A program made the position numbers and the translations under genes. DNA of 64,000 bases from an uncultured bacterium (GTDB taxonomy: Bacteria; Zixibacteria; MSB-5A5; JAABVY01; JAHJOQ01): positions 6,966 through 70,965 of the forward strand of contig CBDUQR010000008.1 in assembly GCA_965369655.1 (NCBI GenBank). The letters run 5' to 3'. Under the pieces are notes generated by a model that ran no database searches, was not told where the DNA came from, and saw only the letters and a list, made by a program, of their open reading frames with translations. Below, piece by piece: positions 46,738 to 55,428 of this stretch (positions within the stretch are counted from its first letter, which is position 1; the number at the start of each line of letters is the position of its first letter).

Positions 46738-47742
46738 TTATGCCTTCTTCAGCTTGAAGCATGGTACGACATCACCGTAATGAATGTCACGATAATTACG
46801 AAGCTCCGGTTTGACAAATTCACTGACGTAAGACAGCCGATCCTCGGGCAGGATTTCGAGTTGCCTGAGCGCTTCGATGACAGCGGGATAAAGGGCGCGC
46901 ACATTCCCATCGGAGACCTTTGCCGCAAGCCCCCAGCCTCTCTTCGCGATCCCGACACATTCGACACCCTCGCCGCCGACTTTGCAGATGATTTCGCCCG
47001 GCAACGCCTGCATCAACGCCAGATCGAATCTGCCGTCGCCTGAAACCATGAACGGATCGGTCTGTATCGCAGTTACGATCCGCTCGAAGACTTTTTCACG
47101 CCCTGAGACGCTTGTCCCGCCTGTGATGATATTCGCAAAAGCAACTGCCATATTTCTCAATGGCATGCCGAAGTTGGGCAACGAGCAGCCATCAATGCCG
47201 ATCTTCACATCGTCTGGCTTCATCTCATAAATCTGACAGACAGCCTCGAACACCCGCTGCTGGACATCATACTCGAATTCGAGATACCTTGCGGGATCAC
47301 AGTTCATCTGCAGAGCAAGCGCAAGCTGACCGGAATGTTTGCCGGAACAGTTGTGCTGGAGAGGCGAAAAGGTCTCTTCCCGTCTCGGAAGGATATTCTT
47401 GATGCGATATTCGGATGGCGGATGAACACCGCATTTGAGATACGATTCATCGAGTCCGATCTTGTCAAGATTCTCCTTCGTTTGAGCAACGTGCCGCTCC
47501 GATCCGTTGTGCGACCCGCACATGATCGCCTGACCGGAGACAGAAAACCCGTAGTGATCGACAGCCCCGGATTCAAAGACCGGCACAGCCTGGATCGGTT
47601 TCGCCGATGAGCGTGTGAACGTGAACATCTCCGGATCACCGGCATAGTAGAGGACATTTCCTTTGTTGTCAGTGACAACTATCGAGCCGTAATGAACCGA
47701 CTCGATTCCATCACCACGCGTTGTATGAGCAAGCGGTTCCAT
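46738..47742 (-). CDS. Asparaginase II family protein (Rhizobium-type L-asparaginase fold)
   Basis: Motifs RSSAKPIQAVP, MCGSHNGSERHV, HNCSGKHSGQLALA and GGEGVECVG. Confidence 0.8.
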   Translation of the reverse strand: MEPLAHTTRGDGIESVHYGSIVVTDNKGNVLYYAGDPEMFTFTRSSAKPIQAVPVFESGAVDHYGFSVSGQAIMCGSHNGSERHVAQTKENLDKIGLDESYLKCGVHPPSEYRIKNILPRREETFSPLQHNCSGKHSGQLALALQMNCDPARYLEFEYDVQQRVFEAVCQIYEMKPDDVKIGIDGCSLPNFGMPLRNMAVAFANIITGGTSVSGREKVFERIVTAIQTDPFMVSGDGRFDLALMQALPGEIICKVGGEGVECVGIAKRGWGLAAKVSDGNVRALYPAVIEALRQLEILPEDRLSYVSEFVKPELRNYRDIHYGDVVPCFKLKKA

Positions 47743-47857
47743 AGCGACATAAAGTTAGCATATAAGCAGACAAAAGCAAGGCGATTCGAGTGGGGAATCT
47801 GAACCACGCGCCTGCGCGGCGGTGACGGTTTCTAAAGCAGGGCAAGCGCGCTCGCCT

Positions 47858-47901
47858 GTCCTGAGACTTGCGAAGGGCGTTTGACTGGTGAGCCACCAGT
47901 C
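47858..47901. repeat. Intergenic repeat module (GTCCTGAG-N-CGAAGGG motif plus hairpin)
   Basis: gtcctgagacttgcgaaggg (47858-47877), followed by hairpin gactggtg-agc-caccagtc (47883-47901). Related motifs occur at 61939, 62059 and (reverse complement) 19618. Confidence 0.55.
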
Positions 47902-48002
47902 AGGAGTTTCTCGAATGGCATATACACCTAACCAAATACTGATCTGATTTGTCAAGCAAGTATGAGCGAAGATAGATTATTGTGAGCGTGATATGACAAC
48001 AC

Positions 48003-48035
48003 AAAGCCCGCCTGCTATGAACGCAGGCGGGCTTT
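48003..48035 (-). terminator. Hairpin terminator downstream of the 1294-aa FG-GAP gene
   Basis: 13-bp perfect stem aaagcccgcctgc / gcaggcgggcttt with a 7-nt loop. On the minus strand it is followed by gtgttgt. Confidence 0.6.
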
Positions 48036-48065
48036 ACTCGTGAGCAGGGTTTTGCTATGCGGCAA

Positions 48066-51000
48066 TCAGCATTCATCGCACGGCGCAGGACCGCCTGCGA
48101 AGATGTAATTGATCAGGTAGACGACGTCATCAATGTCAACATCGCCTGAGCAATTAGCATCTCCAGCTTCAATTGGGTTCGGAGCAGGGCCACCTGCGAA
48201 GATGTAGTATATCAGATAGACGACATCATCTATGTCAACTCCTCCGCTCGCATCGGCATCGCCGCATGTCCATGACATCAGGAGCCTTGACATCGCATCT
48301 TCCACGTCTCCATCGTCGTCGAGGTCCCATCCGAGCATCAACTGATGAAGCTCGCCCGACTTCGGCTCGGTGAATTCGACTCCAACACTGATCACAGCCG
48401 AATCCCCAGGCGCGATTTCAAGTGAGTCCTCTACACCGGTGCCCGGCGGTAAGCCATTCAAGCTGACATACGGATCAGGGCTTCCGTCGGCCAACAGGGC
48501 CGTGAATTCGTAATGGAACATGGTTTCAGAGCCTGTGTTGGTAATCATGGCACCTATGTCTGAAGGGGAAGCCTTCGTATCATCAACCCATTTGCCGCAC
48601 CATTCATCAGATCTTGTGATCTTTCCATATGCGCAGTACACGTCGACGCCGTTGCATTGGTCGACAACCACCAGTTTGTAACAGGCATACTGTCCTATTG
48701 GCAAGGGCGGTACGAGAGAATTACGGTCGATATCGAACTGTACCGTGATGGGCGAGCCGCCCGAGAAGTCCAGCGTACCGCCGGCGGGAGCGAATTGCAG
48801 GCCGTCGGAATAGCACCAACCTCCCACTGGTTCCGGTACAAGGTACCATCGATAATCGTTGCAGGCTACAGGAGGCTTATTTACGGTGAAGCTCGTTTCC
48901 TTGATAAACTTATTCGCACAAAAAGTCACCGTGGGAAGATATGCAACAATATCGTAGGTGCAATGGACCGAGTCGCGATGCGCGTTGCCGAAATTGACGT
49001 ATTTTACGTATTGACTCTCCTGAAGATCCAGCTCGTGGTATCCGGCATTGGGAGTAGTCTGAAACCATTGGGTTGGGTCCCACGGAGACTCCGTCACCTC
49101 ATAGACTCGGTAGACCCAAGGATATGGGAGAGGCTTCAGACATGTGAAGCTGTATGCACCTGAAGCGTCCGTATGGCGGGGTTCGAGACACAGAATTTCT
49201 CCGGTATTAGGGTTATACATCCGGAGGTCAATGAACCAGTCGAATAACCCTGGATCAGGGTAATTCTTTATGCCGTCGAGATTCAAGTCCTCGAACTTCC
49301 AACCGGAAATAGAACTTCGGCAATCAGCCCTCAACCACTCGCAGCAGCAGTTGTTGGTCTCGTCGTACTCCGGAATCGTGCCAACGCCAAAGCCATTGTC
49401 ATCGACGCAAGCTTCTACCAACATCCAATCCAGACAATGTTGGGTCTCTATGAATTCGACGTCTTCTGTCTGTCCCATCCCTAACGTTGTCGTTGTAAAC
49501 GCGGTGCCCAGAAGGTCACCTGGATCGCAGTTATCTGGGGGAGTCCCACCGGGACAATGGTAGAAGGCGACCTCGACTGGTGGATCTACCGGCACAGGTC
49601 CGTTGTTGACTACGGTGGCAGTGAAAATGGCGTTACCGTAACCGTCGCAGTCGGGATAATCCTGAGGACGCAACAGGTGGACACACAGGTCCGGTTGGAG
49701 AGTTGGATCCTCATGCCAGTACATCTGCTTCCGGAAGTTGTTGAAAGCTGGTGAGGTCGAGAGCCAGTTTGTAAGCCGGTTCTGGGGAATCTTGCCATCA
49801 TCATTAACATTCGTAATGGAATAGGCATGCTGGTTCCAGATCTTGCGTGTATTCACCCAGCAGTTTTGCGCATCTCCGAAGACGCGTATCCCGCAATTAG
49901 TCACGCAGGAAGCCCCGACTTCGTTATTGGCGCAGACGATAATCTCGGCGTGCCCGTCAGCATTACAATCGGCGACGCTGATACCCTCCACACCTGTCCT
50001 GGAACTGTTCGGCGTTGTGTAGAGTGTTGAACCACCCTGGTCGTCAGCGTGATAGATTCGCAGGTAGCACTCATCACTGTAGATCAATTCCGTGGCACCG
50101 TCATCGTTGAGATCGAACATTGTTGAGCTTGTTATCCTCGATGACCCGTCCTGGGTTGCGAAACTGCAAAGAATACCTCCATCACTTCCCTTAAGCACAA
50201 AATACTTATCACCTCCGGCGACTCCAATTTCAGGGTAAGGGGAAGCAGGCCAGCACTCCCCGATACATGGTGGACCCCCTCTGGTCTCGCCCGGAAGAAC
50301 GGTCGTCCACAGAATATTCGCAAAATCAGGTGGTATTCCAGTATAGTCAACCAGATGCACTTTGCCTCCCGCCACGACGATCACTTCACCATCGTCATCA
50401 AGGTCGAAGTTGCCAACGCCAGCCCACCCGGAGTCTATGTCGTCCACCAGTGACCACAACACAGAACCGTCAGCATTGTAAACCGTGCGACCATTGACCA
50501 CTTCAAGATAATCATCATCCGCGACAACATCGGCTGCAAAGGATAGATACATCTGCTTAAATCCGGCGTCTTGATCAGCCCAGGACCTGTTCTCGCCCCA
50601 GAAGGCGCCAGGTACGCCGGTGAACAGCTGACCGTCAACGGAGTTCAGTACGACGTTGCCCACGATAATCTCTGGAGTTCCATCTTTGTTGATGTCGGCG
50701 ATGGATATGCCGGAAAAGCGAATGCCTTGTGACGGTTGTGTGCTTGTCCACTCGATCCAAACTTCGTCCGGATCGTTCGGATCGTAAATACCGTCATTGT
50801 TAAAATCAAGGACATCTATGCGGAAAAGTCCCTGCCCGAGGGTTGCATAATCACCTCCTATTGGCGCTCCGCGCCGAGTTCCAATAATCTCCATTAGACC
50901 ATCATTATCTATGTCAGCCACCGCCAGTTGGCTGTGTGCGTAGAACACATCGAGTGATGGCGGATAGGTGACAGTGGTCGGGTAACTGAAGACTGGGGAT

Positions 51001-51950
51001 CCTCCATCTTGACCGCTGATGACTCTTAGCACACCGCTGGAATTGGCAGGACTCATTCCGGTTCCGTCGTCGCGATACGAGATGAAGAATATTTCCGGGA
51101 TACCGTCATTCTCAAGATCAGCGACAATTGGAGTCATCAGTACCTGTTCGTGATCGAGGAGGACGGTGGGGGGGGCGCCAGGGTCTGGCCAGACCAATTC
51201 CTGGACAGGGTTGATGCTCTCGCAAGGCTCAAATCCTAAGCCTGAGTCCGGATCGATCTCGCAGCATGTGTCAGGAAGGGGTGGCGCCACGTAGCAGACC
51301 TCGGCTGCTATCAGGAAGTTGATATCCGCGCCGTAGTGATCGAGCATGGTTTCCCATGTGCCAGTATAGTAGTGTGGGGAGCGCAAATCTCCACAAGAAC
51401 CGTCGTCAGCAAGGATACCGTAGCAGTCATTTACCTGATCGACAGTAGTGTACCCGATATGGAAATCATCATTGAAAATCAGCCCAGCTGACTCGACATC
51501 GAGGAACATACTGCCGGGGTAGTATACTATTTCTGCCGAAGGGACGTTGACAGTATGGACAAGGTCTCCGGGAAATCCGAAACCATCATCGTTCCAGATC
51601 ATGACATCGATACCCATACCTGATATGTCACTGAATTCCTCAAAGTCGCTATAGAGCGTCATTTCGATATTCACCAGTGTACACGCTTCAGGATTATTTA
51701 TAGGTCCGAACCGCATGGCAAATGGATCACCGTCCTCGTCACTTGGGATATAAGCATAGTAGTATATATCACATGCATAATCCCACCAGATGCAACCCCT
51801 TTCACTCCGAAGTGTCTGCTCAGTCTGTTCAGACACCAGCTCTACATCTATTTCTTTCAGGGCGCCAAGCCCCTCGGTCGTTAAGCTCGTCACCGCCAGT
51901 ACGACCAGCAGCAGAGCCAGCATTAAAGTAAAAACCTGGAAGCGTCTCAT
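48066..51950 (-). CDS. 1294-aa secreted FG-GAP/VCBS-repeat (integrin-alpha-like propeller) protein with a C-terminal double dockerin-like module
   Basis: Signal peptide. At least 7 FG-GAP calcium loops (DLENDGIPEIFF, ADIDNDGLMEIIG, ADINKDGTPEIIVGN, FDLDDDGEVIVVAGG, FDLNDDGATELIY, ADCNADGHAEIIVC). Tail CGDADASGGVDIDDVVYLIYYIFAGGPAP...DVDIDDVVYLINYIFAGGPAPCDEC. Confidence 0.8.
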   Translation of the reverse strand: MRRFQVFTLMLALLLVVLAVTSLTTEGLGALKEIDVELVSEQTEQTLRSERGCIWWDYACDIYYYAYIPSDEDGDPFAMRFGPINNPEACTLVNIEMTLYSDFEEFSDISGMGIDVMIWNDDGFGFPGDLVHTVNVPSAEIVYYPGSMFLDVESAGLIFNDDFHIGYTTVDQVNDCYGILADDGSCGDLRSPHYYTGTWETMLDHYGADINFLIAAEVCYVAPPLPDTCCEIDPDSGLGFEPCESINPVQELVWPDPGAPPTVLLDHEQVLMTPIVADLENDGIPEIFFISYRDDGTGMSPANSSGVLRVISGQDGGSPVFSYPTTVTYPPSLDVFYAHSQLAVADIDNDGLMEIIGTRRGAPIGGDYATLGQGLFRIDVLDFNNDGIYDPNDPDEVWIEWTSTQPSQGIRFSGISIADINKDGTPEIIVGNVVLNSVDGQLFTGVPGAFWGENRSWADQDAGFKQMYLSFAADVVADDDYLEVVNGRTVYNADGSVLWSLVDDIDSGWAGVGNFDLDDDGEVIVVAGGKVHLVDYTGIPPDFANILWTTVLPGETRGGPPCIGECWPASPYPEIGVAGGDKYFVLKGSDGGILCSFATQDGSSRITSSTMFDLNDDGATELIYSDECYLRIYHADDQGGSTLYTTPNSSRTGVEGISVADCNADGHAEIIVCANNEVGASCVTNCGIRVFGDAQNCWVNTRKIWNQHAYSITNVNDDGKIPQNRLTNWLSTSPAFNNFRKQMYWHEDPTLQPDLCVHLLRPQDYPDCDGYGNAIFTATVVNNGPVPVDPPVEVAFYHCPGGTPPDNCDPGDLLGTAFTTTTLGMGQTEDVEFIETQHCLDWMLVEACVDDNGFGVGTIPEYDETNNCCCEWLRADCRSSISGWKFEDLNLDGIKNYPDPGLFDWFIDLRMYNPNTGEILCLEPRHTDASGAYSFTCLKPLPYPWVYRVYEVTESPWDPTQWFQTTPNAGYHELDLQESQYVKYVNFGNAHRDSVHCTYDIVAYLPTVTFCANKFIKETSFTVNKPPVACNDYRWYLVPEPVGGWCYSDGLQFAPAGGTLDFSGGSPITVQFDIDRNSLVPPLPIGQYACYKLVVVDQCNGVDVYCAYGKITRSDEWCGKWVDDTKASPSDIGAMITNTGSETMFHYEFTALLADGSPDPYVSLNGLPPGTGVEDSLEIAPGDSAVISVGVEFTEPKSGELHQLMLGWDLDDDGDVEDAMSRLLMSWTCGDADASGGVDIDDVVYLIYYIFAGGPAPNPIEAGDANCSGDVDIDDVVYLINYIFAGGPAPCDEC

Positions 51951-52312
51951 CGCTTCACTCCTTTCCTGTTGGGTCCATTCCTATGTCGTTACCGATTGGC
52001 ATGCGCGGAATTGAGAGAAATGGTGCCGCGTGCCCGGGGATAGAATCCACACTTTCGCCGGCGTCACCTCCTCTCGCGCCATCAGCCAGATTTTGTCTAT
52101 AGTTGCAGGCTCAAGGTGCAAATCGTATGCTGACGAGTTGTCTGAATCTATAAATATTTGTAGCGCTAATATAGATGATGAAGTCCAAATGTCAAGGATT
52201 ATCAAAATCCAAAAGGCCTCGATTGCTCAAGACCTCAATTCTGATTCACTTTATGCAGATGTTAATCAATAGATATCAACCGGCGCAGGACCGCCGGAGA
52301 AGATGTATTGGA

Positions 52313-52834
52313 TCAGTAAGGACAATCGGCGCACGGTACCGGACCGCCGCCGAATATGTAGTTGATAAGATACATCACGTCGTCGATATCCACTGCATCG
52401 AGGCAGTTAACATTCCCCACGATCGGGTCCGGTGCCGGGCCACCACCGAAAATATAGTTGATGATAAACATGACATCATCGATATCGACTCCACCGCTCT
52501 CATCGGCATCGCCGCATGGGTAACTCGGGCCGAAGTCCTGCCAGTAACCATGATGAATGCCGATATCCACTGTCGAGCCGCTTCCGACAGCGAATTGTCC
52601 CATCGTGCCGGAGAGAATGAACCCGGTCGTGGTCGTTCTGCGGCCACCGCCGGACAGGACCTCCCAGTTGATCTCCAGACTGTCTGAGGATGGTCGTTGC
52701 GGATGGTACTGCGGGGGCGAATTCTTCAGGTCGAAAAATACTGCTTTACCAGCAGGGTCTTTGCCGGATACGGGGGCTGCCTGCATCAGTACGAGCATTA
52801 CCGCTACACACGTAAATGTCAATATCCTTAGCAT
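52313..52834 (-). CDS. 173-aa secreted protein: a small beta-rich module plus a double dockerin-like tail
   Basis: Signal peptide MLRILTFTCVAVMLVLMQAAPVSG. Tail CGDADESGGVDIDDVMFIINYIFGGGPAP...AVDIDDVMYLINYIFGGGPVPCADCPY. Confidence 0.7.
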   Translation of the reverse strand: MLRILTFTCVAVMLVLMQAAPVSGKDPAGKAVFFDLKNSPPQYHPQRPSSDSLEINWEVLSGGGRRTTTTGFILSGTMGQFAVGSGSTVDIGIHHGYWQDFGPSYPCGDADESGGVDIDDVMFIINYIFGGGPAPDPIVGNVNCLDAVDIDDVMYLINYIFGGGPVPCADCPY

Positions 52835-52956
52835 CGCAATACCTCGCGGGATTTCCTAACTAATATACACAGAAATCCTGGTTTTTTCAATAGTTACTTA
52901 ACTCTTCATTGGGGACTTGTTGAAGAACCCCTCATCGAGCAAAAGCCGGTGACGTC

Positions 52957-53029
52957 GTCATCGCGAGAAGCATTAGCGACGTGGCGATCTCCATTTAGTG
53001 CGAGATTGCCACGCTGCGCTCGCAATGAC
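52957..53029. repeat. Composite palindromic intergenic repeat, copy 2, at the left edge of the ATPase/Toprim island
   Basis: gtcatcgcgagaagcattagcgacgtggcgatctc ... gagattgccacgctgcgctcgcaatgac. The arms are imperfect reverse complements, and the left arm nearly matches 19543-19577. Confidence 0.7.
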
Positions 53030-53549
53030 GGCACGCTGCAGTGGTTCTCGGCATCACTCATCAGGGACCTTTCTCGACAAGTCTCTTATGAAGGCCAAAT
53101 TTGATATGCTCCTATTTGGAATATCTACTCTCAATCGAGATATCGCGTAGATTGACACACGTCACATATATGTATTCATCGGCCTTGCGAACCACAAACT
53201 CAAGGAATCTGATTCACGTTTCCTGAACAACGGACGCCACATACGCCAAACAAAAAGACGATGACTGTATAGGTGTGGCTGTGGTAGTCCTTGACATGTT
53301 GATGGGCGGCAGACGTTCCCTCTGCCTCAATCTGAGAGACGGATTTCTTCGCTTGTTGCGGAACACAGACCTGTATGCTGCGTGATGTAATAATCAATGG
53401 TAAAGTAGTAAACACGTGGAAATCATCCAGCCATAATGGCTATCTGGCGTATTGTCAACTATCCGCACCTCATTGTCGATATGTGAATAGAAGCTGATTG
53501 CATTGTGGGACAACAACGTAAGATTGCAGCTATTCAGGTATGTTTTTCA

Positions 53550-53578
53550 TTGACGACCAATGGAGACAGCCATAGATT
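53550..53578 (+). promoter_or_regulatory. Candidate sigma70-type promoter for the ATPase/Toprim pair
   Basis: TTGACG (53550-53555), 17-nt spacer, TAGATT (53573-53578). A transcript from here would leave a short leader with GAGG 6 nt before ATG 53630. Confidence 0.35.
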
Positions 53579-53629
53579 CAGATGTCGCTCATTGACGAGT
53601 TGGTTCCTCAAGAGAAAACGAGGTTCAAT

Positions 53630-54808
53630 ATGTTACAAGAACTGAAAGTGGACAACTTCCTATCTTGGATAAACCTTAGTTTCAAACCGAGTTCAGAGAA
53701 TCTGATTGTTGGCTTGAACAATACTGGCAAGACCAATCTCTGTAGAATCATGCAGTTTCTTTCGCTTACCGCGGCCCTCAACCTGAATGATTGCGCGTCG
53801 GCAATTGGAATACCTATTTTCAACTTTCAAAACTTCTCATTCAAGGAGGCTACCACTACTGATTTCTATGTTCGTGCCTCTATTCCATTCCGAGACGAAG
53901 AAGCTGTCTTTGAATACAATTTGACTATCAGTTCCAGAGAGCAAAGTTCGTCTCTGCCCATCCTGGAAGTCAGCAGTGAGGAACTTCGTGTATCTTGCGA
54001 GGGATTTACTGATGCAATTCTTCTCGAGAATAAGCTCTCGAAAGTCCGACTCCTGCATGAGGGTGAGGCGGAGCGCGGAAACATGAGGTATTTCGAGACC
54101 ACAGCTCCACCTGAAATGACTATGCTCAACAGGCTTTATGACCCTCAGACCAACCCGCGGGCAAACTGCTTCAAAGACTATCTGAGAATGTGGCAGTACT
54201 ACAATCTGTCCGATGCCAACATGCGAAATCAGTTGTACGTACCCAATCAACAACTACTTAGTCCCGACGGAAGCAATCTCTCCTCCGTCATCCACGATCT
54301 CAAGAAGGCTGACGAAAGAACATATCGACAGTTACTTGAAGCCATGAGGTCGATTGAGCCAAATTTCGATGTCATCAATTTTTTCGGGGGAGGCGCCGAA
54401 CGACAAATTTCCATGTATTTCGCGACTTCCGACCGCAAGAACATACCGGCGTGGACCGCTTCTGGGGGTACACTCCGCTATCTAGCTTTGGCTTACATAC
54501 TGATTGCGCAGCCAGCTCTGCAAGTCAGACCACTGATGATTATTGAAGAACCTGAAAACGGCATATATGTTGGCTTGTTGAAAAATCTATTGAGGATGGC
54601 TGAATTGGCTCCTTCCAGGCCACAGATCATTTTCACTTCCCATTCCCCTTATGTAATTGACCTTTTTGAAAAACACTTGGATGGTATATTCGTTACTAAG
54701 AAGAAACAGCACAGTTCCAGCATTGGACCGATTGACAAAGACAAGATAGCCAAGAGACTTGAAGACTTCCCACTTGGTGAATTGCACTTCAGGGACATGC
54801 TGGCATGA
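53630..54808 (+). CDS. ABC/SMC-like AAA_21-type ATPase (OLD/PARIS AriA-like ATPase module)
   Basis: N-terminus MLQELKVDNFLSW. Walker A GLNNTGKTN, signature-like SGGTLRYLALAYIL, Walker B LMIIEEPENGIY, H-loop FTSHSP. Start 53630 is preferred (Shine-Dalgarno plus a family-typical N-terminus); the ORF track allows 53582. Confidence 0.85.
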   Translation: MLQELKVDNFLSWINLSFKPSSENLIVGLNNTGKTNLCRIMQFLSLTAALNLNDCASAIGIPIFNFQNFSFKEATTTDFYVRASIPFRDEEAVFEYNLTISSREQSSSLPILEVSSEELRVSCEGFTDAILLENKLSKVRLLHEGEAERGNMRYFETTAPPEMTMLNRLYDPQTNPRANCFKDYLRMWQYYNLSDANMRNQLYVPNQQLLSPDGSNLSSVIHDLKKADERTYRQLLEAMRSIEPNFDVINFFGGGAERQISMYFATSDRKNIPAWTASGGTLRYLALAYILIAQPALQVRPLMIIEEPENGIYVGLLKNLLRMAELAPSRPQIIFTSHSPYVIDLFEKHLDGIFVTKKKQHSSSIGPIDKDKIAKRLEDFPLGELHFRDMLA

Positions 54809-55401
54809 AGATCGGATACTACGTCGAAGGTGATGCCGACAAAGCCTTTGTTGAAGGTGTGACGCAGAAATATTGTTCAGGAGCAACTCTTACTCAGGCG
54901 AAGTTCCGGGGACGCTCTATTACAAAACGCCTAAAAAAGGAACTGAGAAAAGCACTACTTGAATTGTCGGAGAAGCATCAATGCGAGTACTTCGTAGTTC
55001 TTGTTGATGCTAACAATCAGAAATGGCGGGACGTAAAGAAGAACGAATGGGTGAAAGTCCCTGAGGAATTCGAGCACATGACGGTTTACGGAGTCGCGGA
55101 AAGAAATATTGAATGCTGGCTCGCAATCGATCGTGACAGTCTGGCGAAAGAACTGGACTGCTCCACCAATGAAATTCCGAAAGATGACCCCTCGGATTTC
55201 ATTAAGAGCAAGTTCCGCGTGACAGAAAGCGGGCTTATCGATAAAGGAGAATCCGAGCGCATACGGAATTTCGTGGCCGCAGCAGACTTCCGCACTTGGA
55301 TCAAACGCTCCGAGTCGTTTAAGGATTTCTGGAAACAGATATACGACAAGGGTAAGGATCACAACGACTGCATCCCCAACGAACAACAGAATCCAGACTG
55401 A
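54805..55401 (+). CDS. Small Toprim-like protein (DUF4276/DUF4435-like), putative nuclease partner of the ATPase
   Basis: ATGA overlap with the ATPase stop codon. MKIGYYVEGDAD (conserved Glu after strand 1), FVVLVDANN (DxD-like, second Asp replaced by Asn), and VAERNIECWLAID (E..W..D motif seen in DUF4276/DUF4435 proteins). Confidence 0.65.
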   Translation: MKIGYYVEGDADKAFVEGVTQKYCSGATLTQAKFRGRSITKRLKKELRKALLELSEKHQCEYFVVLVDANNQKWRDVKKNEWVKVPEEFEHMTVYGVAERNIECWLAIDRDSLAKELDCSTNEIPKDDPSDFIKSKFRVTESGLIDKGESERIRNFVAAADFRTWIKRSESFKDFWKQIYDKGKDHNDCIPNEQQNPD

Positions 55402-55428
55402 TCAGTAACAGTAGTTTAAATACCGTTC

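Noticed and set aside
53200-53415. 71-aa minus-strand ORF upstream of the ATPase gene, considered as a possible third component or antitoxin
   Set aside because: It has no ribosome-binding site, an unremarkable composition and no recognisable fold motif, and it is oriented away from the pair. It cannot be excluded without homology searches, but it is not supportable from the sequence.
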